Shown piece after piece: positions 9,822 through 27,530 of a DNA stretch of 64,000 bases. A model generated the notes under the pieces. The model was given only the letters and a program-made list of their open reading frames with translations. It made no database searches and was not told the origin of the DNA. The DNA lies in the NCBI GenBank assembly GCA_043228905.1, contig JBHGNT010000003.1, positions 22,320,001 to 22,384,000 of the forward strand, written 5' to 3'. The position numbers and the translations under genes are program-made. Each line of letters starts with the position of its first letter. Positions within the stretch are counted from its first letter, which is position 1. Source of the DNA: Azolla caroliniana (taxonomy: Eukaryota > Plantae > Polypodiophyta).

Positions 9822-12440
9822 ATGCCATTGGAGCCACTCTCTCGGCCCGGCCTTCCGTTCCCTGTAGATTGGTCCGTTGTGCCCCGGACGGACCCAATCA
9901 GAATGGCCACGGAGAATATGATTAATAGTGAGGATAGCAATGCCACTGATGGCGGCATAGATAATCCGTCCTCTTCCCTTTCCATTAACATCCCTACATC
10001 TGCCACCACTGCCGCTGCCCCATTGAATTTCACTATCCTTTCCTCCTCTTACTTCTCCCCTTCCTTTCCCCTACCTCCTCCTGCTGTTCCATCCGATGCG
10101 GACCCTGAGAACAAACTCAACACCTTTGCGTTGCACCTGGCTATTATTGAGAAGCTGGCAATCAGGGTGGGTACTCTCACTTTCATATGGGCCACCGTCG
10201 TCCTCCTCGGTGGTTTTGCGAGCACAATGAAGGAGATCGACTTCTGGTTCGTCACAACTATCCTCGTCATTGAAGGCACACGGATCTTCAGTCGGAGCCA
10301 CCAACTAGAATTGCTGCAGCAGGACAAAAATGACAGTTCAGGCAGCCTCATCCAGAGGACGGCCAAGCTCTTAAACTTGGGCTGTTTCTCTCGTCCGGAT
10401 ATTTCTCCTGATTCAACTGCTACAAGCAAAGAATCTAGCCATAGAAATGATACAGGGATAACAAATTTGGGCCTCCGCCAGTCCAAGAGGAGGAAATGGG
10501 ATAATTTGAGGGTTCCCATCCTCCCTTGGATTGACATTAGAGCTTCCAGCGTTCTTCTAATGTTGGAGTTGGTGCAGATTCTGGCAGCATTCGCCATTCT
10601 GGTTATGTCAATAATCCGTCTACGGGTGCGTCGGTTCACATTTATGGAGGAGGAAGATGGGACGCAGGTCAACCACCGCTCTGCACTCTTCATCTTTTAC
10701 AGCCTGGCGATAATGGAGGCACTCGTGTTCTTGATCCAGAGGATATACTGGGAGATCAACATCTATTACAGGCATGTATTGGAGCAAGTGAACGAGAGCT
10801 TGGGACTCGAACCAAAACACCTGCCCATGACCCGGGGCTTCTTCTACCAGGTTTACAGCACATGCCAGACTCAGAGTATGTACATAAGTCTAAAGATGGA
10901 CATGGTGGATTATGCTCTCTCTTGCTTGCAGTCGGATCAAGCCGATGAGCAGCTGGCTGGACTGAGTGTGCTGGTGACCTACTCCAAGAGAAAGCAAGTT
11001 GACTCGGGCGGAGTGGATAACACCCTTCGCAGCATTGGGATGAACCAAGGGTTCATTGAAAGGCTTTTGGAGATGGTGACTTGGAACGACGATCAGGCTA
11101 ATCTCATCCAACAATCTGCTGCCGATTTGTTGCACATGATGGTGAAGTCTAACCAGCAGATCATCAAGGTGACCTCCATATCGGGTTCCATCGAGCGTGT
11201 CACCAGGCTTTTCATTTCTAATGCCAACAAGGATAACAGCCAGATTCGCATCGTGGCCCTAAGGATTCTCAAGTATATGATCAGAGACCCTCTGGCCAGG
11301 GACAGCATCCCTACTATGAGTCCGCTGAAAATCTGCCTCTTCAACTACATGAGGGATACCAAGCACATGCTCCGCTACAAGCAGGATCAGGTCCAGGACC
11401 AGGACCAGGAGAAGCTTATCATCCTGCAGGTGAAGTTATGTTTGCAGCTCCTCCATATGTTGGCCAAGGAGGAGCTAGCTAAGGAGAACACGGAGCGGAT
11501 GTCAGATCTTGTGCAGTGGCTCCTGGGCATCTTCCTTCAAGAGATGTTGGATGAATCTGGAAACAGTCGGAGGGCTGGCAAAGCATTATGTTTGTTGGCG
11601 CAGGCGAGCATGGACCATGCCTTTTTAATGGAAAATAAGGTGGAGGCTATAATGGAGAAGATATCGGATAGAAGGTTGGGACACATTGCTATGACTGTAC
11701 TGAGGAGCTTATGTGTGTACAGGAATCTACCACTCAGGGCCATAATTGTGAGGGACTGCATGATGCGGACAATGAAGATAATGATGCCGCCCGAAGAAGC
11801 GGACACAGAGGAGGTGCCGATGGAACTGAGAGTGGCAGCCATGGGGCTTCTGTGGGATGTGGCCGGTGACATGGAGGAGATGGGAAGATTGATGGAAGAG
11901 GGGGGGATCCGAGCCCCGGACATGGTGAACAGACTGAAGGAGATGGTACAGCGGGAGGCCGTGACAGCCGTTGAGAAGCGGATGCTTCCGTACTTGAAGG
12001 GGACGGCAGTGGGGCTGGCAATCGCCCTCATGAAGTACCATGGCCACATCTTCAACCAATTCTTCGTGGAGACTGAAATCCGGGATGCTTTCCGTGGGTT
12101 GTCTGCCTCCGATCTCTTCAAGACCAAGCCTTGGGCCATTGGTGATGTAACTGAGCCTCCAACAGACCTCAAGGACCCCAAGGCCAAGAGTGCCAAGACT
12201 ATGCAATCACAATCGGTCATGGTTACCGCCCACTACCTTCTCTACGAACTTCATGAAGCCTTGGACAACGCAACCAAAGAACACTCTGAAGCGGTGCAGG
12301 CTGAGAGTAGGAGTGTTGAGCAAAGTCCTAGCGGAAGTGTGAGTGTGGCGCCTAATGACACATCTCCACCACCTAATGTGGGGGAGACTAGTAGTTCCCC
12401 AGGGCTAGCTCAAGATCAACAACTTCTTTCGGCAAACTAA
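9822..12440 (+). CDS. Intronless N-terminal transmembrane + ARM-repeat superfamily protein (rice BLE2 / Arabidopsis AT5G18980-like family)
   Basis: 872-aa ORF with family motifs KLNTFALHLAIIEK...FIWATVVLLGGFA...DFWFVTTILVIEGTRIFSRSH, ALFIFYSLAIMEALVFL and IERLLEMVTW; TATATAAA near 9740; start could be the Met at 9903. Confidence 0.85.
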   Translation: MPLEPLSRPGLPFPVDWSVVPRTDPIRMATENMINSEDSNATDGGIDNPSSSLSINIPTSATTAAAPLNFTILSSSYFSPSFPLPPPAVPSDADPENKLNTFALHLAIIEKLAIRVGTLTFIWATVVLLGGFASTMKEIDFWFVTTILVIEGTRIFSRSHQLELLQQDKNDSSGSLIQRTAKLLNLGCFSRPDISPDSTATSKESSHRNDTGITNLGLRQSKRRKWDNLRVPILPWIDIRASSVLLMLELVQILAAFAILVMSIIRLRVRRFTFMEEEDGTQVNHRSALFIFYSLAIMEALVFLIQRIYWEINIYYRHVLEQVNESLGLEPKHLPMTRGFFYQVYSTCQTQSMYISLKMDMVDYALSCLQSDQADEQLAGLSVLVTYSKRKQVDSGGVDNTLRSIGMNQGFIERLLEMVTWNDDQANLIQQSAADLLHMMVKSNQQIIKVTSISGSIERVTRLFISNANKDNSQIRIVALRILKYMIRDPLARDSIPTMSPLKICLFNYMRDTKHMLRYKQDQVQDQDQEKLIILQVKLCLQLLHMLAKEELAKENTERMSDLVQWLLGIFLQEMLDESGNSRRAGKALCLLAQASMDHAFLMENKVEAIMEKISDRRLGHIAMTVLRSLCVYRNLPLRAIIVRDCMMRTMKIMMPPEEADTEEVPMELRVAAMGLLWDVAGDMEEMGRLMEEGGIRAPDMVNRLKEMVQREAVTAVEKRMLPYLKGTAVGLAIALMKYHGHIFNQFFVETEIRDAFRGLSASDLFKTKPWAIGDVTEPPTDLKDPKAKSAKTMQSQSVMVTAHYLLYELHEALDNATKEHSEAVQAESRSVEQSPSGSVSVAPNDTSPPPNVGETSSSPGLAQDQQLLSAN

Positions 12441-13359
12441 AGATTTTCAGAAATCCGTCATATATAGTCTTCTCCACATTCTAAAGAATTTCGAGAATGA
12501 AATATTTGAAACCGAACAAAAGTTGAAATAATAAAAATAACCATTCCCTCGAGAATTTTGAACAGTCTACGGAACATTGGCAAGAAGGAACAAAACCATA
12601 ATGGCCAAATACATTGAGAAGATGTCATTTGTTGTTTCTTGTACCTTATGTTCTTTGCTCCTAGCTTCGCATTCAATAAGCTACCATGAGGTCGCACTTC
12701 ATTCAAACATCCCATTGTTGTACCCAATTGCTCTTGCATTTTTCTCACACATAAGGTACTTTTTCTTTCTTTCTTTCCCACCCCGGCGGGACTCACATAA
12801 ACTAATGGCTAAGACCATGGCACCACTTAGCAATACTTTTACTTTCTTTCTTTCCCAAACCGGTGTCTAAAAAGAGGATAAGGAATGGAGTGAAAGTTTG
12901 TGTGAAAAAGTAAGAGAAAGGAAATGAGTAGCAAAAGGGGGAGGAAAAGGAGGCACCAAACTATGCATTCACTTAGTATTGTAGCTGTTGTAGAGTTCAA
13001 ATCTTTGACAACTTTGCATAGATTAAGGAGCATTATTCCTTTTCCTCTTTTTCGAAAAGAATAAGGGATATATTCATTTAATGTAAATAAGCCGCCTCCG
13101 AGGGCTTCTTTTGTCCTTTGTTCTTTGTTTTTGGGGGTCTTCTTTGGTGTTTTTGGGAGCTAGGGAGTGTTCATCTTTGTCTTCTTCGAATTTGCATGGG
13201 GTCTTCATCGATTTACTATTCTTTTTCGAGTCTTCTTTGTCTAGGTTTCGGCACTTTAGAGGAGGAAGGAAGTCTTCACTCTCATCGTTCGTCTTCTTCA
13301 ATTTTTTCTTCTTCTTCGATTCTTCTTTGTCTAGGTTTTATCGCTTCGGAGGAGGGAGG

Positions 13360-13602
13360 ATGACCAAGAAAGACCTAATGGACTAGGTCGAGCTCACTAG
13401 CAAGAGGAGAAACACAATAATAATACTTCAAGAGTTTGAGAAGCGTTTTGCTCGCATGATGGTGCTCAACACGAGTAAAGTCCTATTATTTCTCAAAGTG
13501 GCGGACATGCAAGGTAGGGCGAAAGTCGGTTCCCTATTCAAGAACGAAGGTGGGCTCACCATGGATTGGGTTGTGGTAAGAAGGGTATGCAACCACATTG
13601 AT
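13360..13602 (+). pseudogene. Decayed Gypsy gag fragment, same family as the gag at 1-789
   Basis: MTKKDLMD*VELTSKRRNTIIILQEFEKRF...NTSKVLLFLK...KVGSLFKNEGGLTMDWVVVRRVC aligns with LSKRDFMEWVESPGKGRNTLALLREFEERF...DTSRVLLFVK...QVGSLLETEDGLTTDWAAVKRVC. Confidence 0.8.
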
Positions 13603-14539
13603 CTAGGTTGGTGCTTTTGATCTAGGTTGAACTACCTACAAAACATTCACATACTCTATTAGAGACAATATTGTGTAGTCTTTGATAATGGACCAAAAGG
13701 AGAAACCGGCTAGTCTTGAGTTTATAGGTCATACAACGACATCAGGAGATATTTTCTGGCTCTAATATACACAACATGATGAAGTAAAGGAATTGGACTT
13801 TGAGAATGCTTTAGTCCTAGAAGGGGTACATGCATTTCCGCACGCCTTCATTGTTGGAACCAAGGGATACCCTTCGCTCATTTCTATGTGCTACCATATA
13901 TAAAATAGGAGAAGGCAGGTAATGTTGGTAGTGGATGTTTTAAACATTGCATAAGTAATCGTGTGAAATCCGCACCTTGTGAAATCAAATATTTATTATA
14001 TATTTAATCCCAACTTGTCATTATAGTTCAAAAAATCCAATCTTTGTTGTGAATGTTGCTCTGCTTTCAAAGGGATTTGAAGTTATTGCAACTTAATTAG
14101 TCTTTTATTTTATACATTCTGTTGGGGAATCCATACCATCCCAATTTTAGTAGAACTAGTAGTATACATATGAGGAGACTACATCAGCAGATGCATTATC
14201 CCAACATCATGAGAATCTTCTACAACCTTACCACCTCATTTAGATGCGTTGGGGATTAAATGAAGTTAGCAAATCCTGCATGAGATCAAGAGTAGTTCTC
14301 AGTGCCTTGAACCAGCTCTCCCATCATCATCATCATCATCAACCGCAGTAATAACTCCCTCATATGATTGAGGTGCCCAATGTTCAGAACCTCTTCCTCA
14401 TTCATGTATCCCCTTGATAAACATGATAAAAATCGGATATCCCGCATCAAGTGATGTTTATACTATTGGTATTAAAGAACAAACTTGGGTAAGGAAAGAC
14501 AAGTGTGGGGGATGATGTTTAACGAAAGATTGAAAACAC

Positions 14540-15900
14540 ATGGCCCCTAAATTCTAAACCTTCAAGCAAGCATTAAATAGTTAGGACAAGGAAAAATAGA
14601 GTGCGGCCATCGAATTTGAAGTCAAAGCTCTCCAAAAGAATCAAACGTGGATATTAGTACATGGGTCCCTCCCTCCCATCAACGGTAATATTGTAAGTTA
14701 TAATTGGCTCTTCACAAAAAAAATGATGGATTCGGTAACTTCACTCGTATTCAAAGCACAATTAGTGGCTTGTTGATTCTCATAGATATTGGGCCTAAAA
14801 TAATCTAGGATCATATTGTCCTCATATCAACCATCTTTCAATAACTTCAATCGGAACCTAATCTATTTATGAGGAAAACAAAGATAAAGTTCCTACTCCT
14901 AGGAATCTGTGGATGGTCACCCTATTGCTTGGACATTTGAAGAGGAACACATCAAATTTATTGCAAAATTATGACAACAATTCCCTATTAAGCATCTCAT
15001 GCCACTAGAACATTTTCTTGGGATTCATTTGAAAAAGAATCGAACTTCAAGAATACTCTCTCTATCACAACAAAGTTGTGTTGACAATATACTAGTTAAG
15101 TTTGATATGATTGCATATTCTCCGATCTCCACTCCCCTTATAGTACCATGTATATTATCGTTCCATGATTCACCACATGCAAGTAAAGAAACATGCTTTA
15201 TAGAGAATATCCTATATCATCAAGTGTTGGGGAGCGTTCATTACCTTGTCAATTATAGTCTACATGACCTATCCCTTGGTATTGTATTTTTATCAAGGTT
15301 CATGGAGAATCCAGAGTTTATTATTGGAATGCGCTTAAAGAGTATTATTAAGGTATCTCAAATAAACAAGGGATATGACACCCACTTACACATCATACTA
15401 TAAAGCTCAAACATCAAATATTTAAGCTTGGATATCAACACTATTACATGGCTAGACAAATACAAACTTGGAAGCGCGACAACTTACAAGAATACCTCTA
15501 GATCCTATATATTTCAATTTGCAGGTCGTGTTGTTTCATGGTGAACTAATAAACAAGGTATGTCGGTGGCTCTCTCTTCCATTGAGCAGAATACATAGCA
15601 ACTACCTTCACCACCAAGGAAAGATCATTGATGAACTAGCCATCCTCAACATATCTGAATTTCAAGTTAAGGTGTGACAATCAATCTTGCATCAAAATCT
15701 TGAAGGACCCCAAGATCACATAGCAAAAGAAGCATATCTAACCACGCCATCACTTCATCTCAAAACTCCGTGAAGAACATAACCTCACTATCGGACATGC
15801 TTTAACACAAATCGTGTGGCCAAATTTTCTCCAAAAGTACCAAGACATAGGATTGGAACTCTTTCCACCATATTATTGGATTAAATATCTATCCAAAAGA
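14540..15900 (+). pseudogene. Highly decayed Copia RT-RNase H relic
   Basis: AAIEFEVKALQKNQTW; PLEHFLGIHLKKNRTSRILSLSQQ...ILVKFDM...YHQVLGSVHYLV; many stops. Confidence 0.7.
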
Positions 15901-17651
15901 TGAGTTGGTGGTGTCATAGCTAAGAGCGAGTTGTAAGATTATCGACTAACATCTCAATAAACTAAAGAGGACAAAGATATAGGTTATATATATCAAATAT
16001 AGTGTGGGTAATGGATGTGCGTAATTTCACATTACCTTGTTAGATTTATTTCTTACAAAAATAGAGTCTTCTTAATATAAAGTTCCTCTTTAGTCTAAAT
16101 TTTTATCGAACCTCCCTCCTTTGTGCTCTAGCTCTCTTTGTTCCAATCTTCCTTATAGGACTTTGAGAATGCTCGTGTCATATGGGATACATGCATTTCC
16201 CCATGCCTTTATTGGTGGGATTCTTCCACTTTGCATAATGGGTGAGTCTTTGTGGCTTAATAGGTGGATTCCTCCCTGAATTGCAACATAAACATAATAG
16301 TTTTCTCATAAAAATGTGATTTTACAAAATGTTTTCGTTAGCACAAGGATTGAAAACAATTGCATTAGTAAGAGATATAGAAGTCGTTCTTGTAAAGGCA
16401 AAATGATAGAAATGTTTTGCCAGATGAAAATAATACTTGGTTGACCAAAATGAGCACTAAATATATTACCGTATATATCTTCTAAATCATTGGTGTGACT
16501 GTCAAAATCATGAGCATCAACATGTAGATTCCATATCCATGTGGTGGCTGATAAAGTCAAGGAGGCCCAAATGACGGGCCATTTGCTTTCTAAGTTTCTT
16601 AGGCAAATGTCTTGCAATATTACATGTCTCGATATCTAGCAAAATTGTTCTGCAAAATAGTGCATAATGCACTTTTTAGTTGGCGAAAGAGGAAACATCA
16701 TACAAAGAGTTGAAGGGGCTATAATTTGTTAACAGGATGCACTCATTCAAGAATGTGAGTTTAAAGTTCACTTTGGTAGTAATAAATGTATGAGCAATAT
16801 TCATTTTACATTGAATACCATGGACACTTTTATGACATCTTTCCTAGTCTTCAATTCTTTAATGATTGATTCAAACTTCTCTGGAAGTATGTACACATAG
16901 AAGTAGCATATAAACTGACTCTCAAGTCTCCCTTATCTGCTTGTAGTTGCTTCATAATTATTGCTCAACCCCCTTTTTCTTATCAAACTCCCCAACTTCA
17001 ACAAGAAATGAATTGAATGGTGTCATACACAGACCCTTAAACTCGAAAGTTGCTTTATTTTGCTCAAAGGACTAAAATAAATGGACACATTTTTATGTTC
17101 AAACTTCAAAAAAGGAGTCCAAAATCATAACTTCAAGCTTTCATCATTTTTGTTGGGAATATGATTTCAGATTAGTGGATTATGTGCAGAAAACATCTCG
17201 AAGCTCGATTAGCATATTTTTATCATAGTATACCACCGATGCCAGAACAACCCTCAAAGATTGTTTGAGTATTAAGGAGACATTCATAATGACACGTAGC
17301 CTTTGTTCATAGAGCCCTTGTTATCATTTCTACTTTAGACGGCTAGGAACCTTCAATTCAAATGTTTTCATCAATAGCCCAATTCAGTGCCTGTAAGATC
17401 TAAATGTAAAATTTCCTTGCCCAAGTTTTATACAAAAGACATTGTTCACTGATATACAAGAGACGAAGACAGTTGTCTATTGCTCTCAAACAATCAATTA
17501 TATTGTTTGAGAAATATACATAAAAATATATTCACTATACTTGCTCATAGGAGAGCTAGCTCTTATTCCTGGTTTACAATTCTAGTAGAAATGAAGATCC
17601 ATAATTATGTAAGATTATGTTAATCTAGCAAACAATCCGTTCTTGTGTCAT

Positions 17652-21988
<4,337 letters not shown>

Positions 21989-22591
21989 GAAAAGCTCTGT
22001 TTTCTATTATTTGCTCTTCTCTCTATCTCTAATTTTACTGAAGAGTTTTAGGATTGTGCTTAATTTAGACTATATTTACCTTTTAGGAAATTTACTAAAT
22101 TGTCCTCTCTTCCCAATGATATCTCTTCGGTATGTCTCTCCAATATGAGAGAACCCAAGTTCAATCCTTGCCATTGGGCTGGTCTGTCATATCGGATGTT
22201 TGTACTAATTGATGTATCTTTTCTTTCGTAAATAGGAGCGTATTCAATACAAAATGTAGAATTATAATAGGTAGGGATGCGAGATACTTTCAAACCCACA
22301 TGAAAACCCATCAGGGATTCCATTACGTTCCTCATATGCGGATACATGATAATAGTGGGCCGAAAAGGTCATATCAAATAATGGTCGATGCAAATGGTGA
22401 ACATATCATGCCTTCCAATCCCACAAAGCCTTAGGTCCTCCAATGTTAATGTCCTAAAAGTCCCTAGCAAGACGAATTGGCATACCAATGCGCCTTCTAA
22501 TCATCTACTATGTCTCTCAACACCTACATGTTTGGCCATTGACAACTATCATGCAAATGGAATTCTTAGTCCCTAGCCTCAGGATTGTAGT

Positions 22592-22858
22592 TTGAGGAAG
22601 ATGGGAGTGAACCCTCTAACAAGCCAACTCAAGAACATAGAACAAGGAAACTCACTTCCTCGTCGACTAACCCTCCTTAATGAAAAAGCACAACAGAAAG
22701 TGTGGCATAACAATAAAGTCGAAGATAAAGACCTTGATGAAGGGTGTATGGCATTGTTTTTCCTCCAAACACCCCAAGCAACTCTTAAGCTTTGTGGCAT
22801 AGAAGAACCATTTGTTATCACCCGGGTTCATGCATGGACAAACATAAAACATCTCTAA
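22592..22858 (+). pseudogene. Possible decayed Gypsy integrase C-terminal (GPY/F-like) fragment
   Basis: QQKVWHNNKVEDKDLDEGCMALFF...LKLCGIEEPFVI resembles the K.WHD...F.EG..VLL...KL...W.GPF pattern. Confidence 0.4.
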
Positions 22859-22989
22859 AGGTAAACTAACACTTGTGAGACTCTAATCGTTAAAGTTTAG
22901 TAAAAGACAACCACTCCAACAATGTCTAAATGCAAGTACCTACTTCCACAAGAAGGATGTGAGGACAAACCCCAAGCTACTTTTAAGAT

Positions 22990-23376
22990 TTAACAAATAA
23001 TTAGACTATCTTGAGAAAAGGTCAAGAAATATCAAGAGGATGATTAAGAAGTATAGCTCAAGGAACTCTTACTTGTAAGATCTTACTTGTAAGTTGTATT
23101 AAAAGACATCAAAAAACAAAAATGCCCACAATGAGGTATATATACATCTCATGTGCAAAGGTGCATGTGTGTGAGGAGAATATAGAAATAAGGGTGTAAG
23201 TCCTATATTAAATGAACTTGATAGTGGGAGATCTAGAAGATATCCCACTTAAGTACAAGGAACAAATTCCTATTTAAGACTTTCTAGTCAACATTCTAAT
23301 TAGATTCTCTCTAGGTAACTACTAAGTTGAGTGGTTAACTAAATGGCTAAACTTAGTTGACCGTGATATCTCAACA
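22990..23376 (-). repeat. Solo or remnant LTR related to the Copia C LTR (left end approximate)
   Basis: 23128-23376 aligns with 7518-7757 (ACAATGAGGTAT, ATCTCATGTGCA, GTGTAAGTCCTATATTAAATG, ATATCCCACTTAAGTACAAGG, TCTCAACA). Confidence 0.8.
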
Positions 23377-26300
23377 CCTTCTTATGGTTTTTCTAGATAA
23401 AACATTTAGATATGCAATATTCAAAGCATTGCCTTGCATTTAAAAGGGGAATGCCCAAGTTGAATAGTAATTTACAAAGCCCAAGTAATACAAATTATTA
23501 TGTTAAATGATAAGAGGATCAATGTTGTTATTGGATGAACACATACACTAATGCATATCTTAAGATGTCTAAAAACAAGTGTATATAATATTGCAACCTT
23601 TCTACTATTCAGCATTCAATGACAACATCAGTGAACTGAAAGCAATGTAATCCAAATCAAGAAGATTTAAACTTTCAAGTATATGGCCTTGATTTGTGCA
23701 TCTTTAACGAATATATTAAGTATTCTTTGAAAAATTGGAGTGTACGAGAATGCCATCATGTTTTTCATGAATTGTGGTTGGATTCAATGAAATGGTCGTA
23801 TATGTCATGACAGTTGATGTAAAACGTCGGGTTGTTTTAGAAACATTCCAATTTCAATGGATGAAAAATGTAACTTTGAATTACAACTAAAACTATGCAA
23901 TCATTGGATGTTGAGACCTGGAAAGTCTCTCTCCAATTAGCTCATTAAATATGATGGGTAATAACACTTTTGTCATAATGCACCTAGGGCTAGGTTAAGC
24001 ATCAAAATGTTCTTCTATTTGTTGCGGATCCTCAATGAAGTATTATTGTCTTTCAAAAATGTATGTTGAAAGGCATAAATCGTTCAATGTGTTCAAATGT
24101 TTCTACCGAAGTGAAAGACAAGATTAAAAGTAGATGTGCTTGAAATTTGTGTTCCCTTTTATGCAAACAATTGTCTCTTGATTTTTTCATGGATCGTGGA
24201 AATGCAATCATTGTTATATGTTTGCATAATATTTATGACAATGATTTTACGTAGTGTATTGTTTTATAATACTATCATTTTTTATTCTTCGGCATGGGTT
24301 GTGTGCCATTTAGAGCTATCCTATTGTCTTGGGTGCTTTTCATTAGAATAAATGAAGTAGTACCAAATTCGAATTCAATTATTGTGTTAATTAAATTATC
24401 TCTAGAATAATTGAGGCATTATAGTTATGCAAACTATTTTATCAAAGGTTTTCTATGTCAAGTTACATTTAAATGCACTCTCGAGTTTAAATCTTATCTA
24501 AAACTCTCTATGCATTTCCTTACTTTACTAATGTTTTTCTCTCACTCAATACACGTAAAAGTGTGCGAGTGTTATCACTCAAATATGAGACGGTTTTCCT
24601 TAAATATGTGGATCACACGAGAGGAAGAGAAACTTTTCTCACATCCACATAGAGATATTTTAAATGTCATAATTTGTTTTTCACTCCAAGCACACCATTT
24701 ATCAAAACTTATCACGTACAATTTCTTGTACCCGAAAAATATGGAGTAAATTGTTATAATAGTTGGTGAAAAGACAAATAATTAATCTCTACTTCATTTT
24801 CATTGCATAGCTCATTCATTTGAATGTTCACTTTCTTAACATCATATAAGGAGGTTGTATGCAATATCAATAGACTTTTATCTACGTTATCCTTGATGCA
24901 ACTACTTTGTGTACAACAAATTCCAAAAGTACCAACATTTTACGCACTTATTCTTCGCTCATATAGCACTCTATCCTGAGATGCATACAGCAATTACGGG
25001 TCAACAATGTGGTCAAAACAATGATAAAAACATGTGCAATTTGCATTTCATATATTGGATAATGCAATCGCAAGAGTGAAAGGGTAATGTAAATGAGCAA
25101 GTCTAAGTGAAGGAAATTTATGGCGTAGGTTTATGTGTATGTATGGAATAGCATGTGAATGAAGAATATACACATTTTATACTGGAGTAGTGCATGCGAC
25201 CTATAAATACTGAACAAACTATTGTCAAAATGAAACATGTGCAAGCTAGAACTCCCCTTTAGATCTAATGCATTCTATAGGTGGCATCTACAACTCCATA
25301 TCATTAATATCCCCAATTTTGGGTGAACAAATGATCATAAATATTTTATAGAAGTAAATATTCATGTTGAATAAAATCAAGATTCTTACTCTCAAAAGCA
25401 ATAAATAGACGGTGCATAAATGTTGGGGCATTAACTCATATGCACTCGTGACATGTATATGTAACATATGAGAAATGGTGCATCATTTTTACATCCTAGC
25501 ATACAAGATATAGCCCGTCACATGTGTGCATTTCCTTGGAGTGCTTTGCTTAGCTTCATTATATCTAAGCAAAACATTAACATGGACAATGGATATTTTC
25601 CTTGCTTCTAAGGTTCCTTAACCTATACTATAAACCCAGTTAATGCCCCATTGGATTGGAAATTGTCCGATAGAAATTGGAAAATCATTCCCATCTTGAG
25701 AACTATTGTATTTACACATCCCAATCTACAAATAAATGTATTCCTCTTACGTGTCTATCAAGTGATATACATGCATGTGATAGTTGATTAACCTAACACC
25801 CTTGAAACATTATTATGGTAAATACCATACTTTTGTATTCATTATTATTATAAGTTTAAAAATAATTAAAGGTAAAAAGTGTAAAAAAACGTAAGAATGT
25901 TTTGATAACATGCACATTCGTTTGCATTCGTATGAAAAAGAATGTTTGCCAATGCATTCGAGTATATTACATATTATGGACTCACAACTTTCTCCCTCTC
26001 CCGGCGCTTATATAGGAAATTGTGTGTGAATCTATACGTACATCATTTGAAAGTGAGTCATTCACATACCTTTAGTAAGTAGTGGTTTTTAGGATCCTCG
26101 TGGTGATTTATGGGGTCTTGGTGCTTAACTTCATAATATACAAGGGGGAACTAGAGAGATGGATAGATTTTATTATCTTTTATTATCTTTGTAGGGGATC
26201 AAATATCACCTAAAAAGTGCTTTCACCGCCCTCCGAGGGAGTTAAAAGACAACGAATAGCCTTCATCCAACAATGGTCATCCTCTCCCTTTCTTGAGTCA

Positions 26301-26964
26301 GTGGGCATCCACATAAGATGGAACTATCGTGTCCCTTCGGGGATTTGTACATAATCGTCTCATTTGTAAAATTTTATAACTAATGGAAGGAGTTTTTTTT
26401 TGGAAATAAAAAATAAAAAGTGCTTTCACACAGTGTGGAATTGAGGAATGATTCTAGATGTTCAAGCATTTTACTAATCATCATTGGGATTGAGAGTGCA
26501 CATAGTGAAGTTGGCAAGAATGAGTACAAGGATTGGACCATGTTGACAATGAATTAAAAGGAAGCTTGAATGTGGTCAAATGCAAAGTATTGTATCAAAG
26601 TAATGAATGTCACAAAAAAGAACACGCATTTTGATGCCCCGTTAAATGTGTATGGGTAGAGAGAGAATAGATCAATTTTATTTTCATCCTCAATAGTCAA
26701 ATATGACTCATGGTATAAAAGTAAAACATTTTCATATAGTGTGTCTTTGGAGTTTATTAGTAATGCTCAATGTGAAAAGCAAGTACTGAAGAAAGTCCCA
26801 ATTGAGATTGTGCATTGTGGTTGCAAGAGAAAATGTGTGTTGGGAGAGGTTCTAATTGGCGATGTGGGAAAAGAAAAGTTGAATGCATTGAAGATCGAGC
26901 ATTGTAGTAGAATGTGATGCTTAAACTTATGAGCTTGATGGGAGCAAAATATGCATAATCCACT

Positions 26965-27312
26965 AGTTTCCTCAGATGTGTTCCAACACCCCATCTCACA
27001 TGAAAGTTAGTGTGAAAGGCAATGATGTGTCAGTGTATGATAAAAATAAGGATGGACTCTAGCATGTATGATTGAGTGTTGTTTCCCCATCTTGAGAAGA
27101 AGAAGATTTTTAGTGAAGAGCAATGTGTGCGATGTAATATAAGTTTCCTTGCATGTGTCCCAACACTCCATCTCACATCAAAGATAATGTGAAAGGCAAT
27201 GTTGTGCATGATAAACAAAGGGATGGACTCTAGCATGTATGATTGAGCGTTGTTTGCCCATCTTGAGAAGAAGAAGATTTTGTAGTGAAGAGAAAGGTGT
27301 GTGATGTAATGT
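26965..27312. repeat. Diverged ~177-bp tandem duplication
   Basis: AGTTTCC...CCATCTCACAT...GGATGGACTCTAGCATGTATGATTGAG...CCCATCTTGAGAAGAAGAAGATTTT occurs twice (starts 26965 and 27142). Confidence 0.9.
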
Positions 27313-27509
27313 ATGAAACATGAGCCACCACATCTCTCCCAAGTCATGATACATTGGTGTTGCAAAAATGACCTATTCATTAGGGGCCTATTTAGGAATA
27401 ATGAATCTCACATTCCCATGCTTTTCTCACTTATTGGTGAAGGGATTGATGTGCTAGTTTGGAAACGTCATCATTTGAAGGAAAGCTCATTGTGTATTTG
27501 GGGGAAATT

Positions 27510-27530
27510 GGGGGGGGGGGGGGGGGGGGG
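27510..27530 (+). repeat. G21 homopolymer
   Basis: Read directly. Confidence 0.9.

Noticed and set aside
10049-12220. Long antisense ORFs (214 and 227 aa) in the ARM gene
   Set aside because: Expected shadows of a long coding frame; no recognisable motifs.
16300-16900. Possible transposase relic
   Set aside because: No diagnostic motif recognisable by eye.
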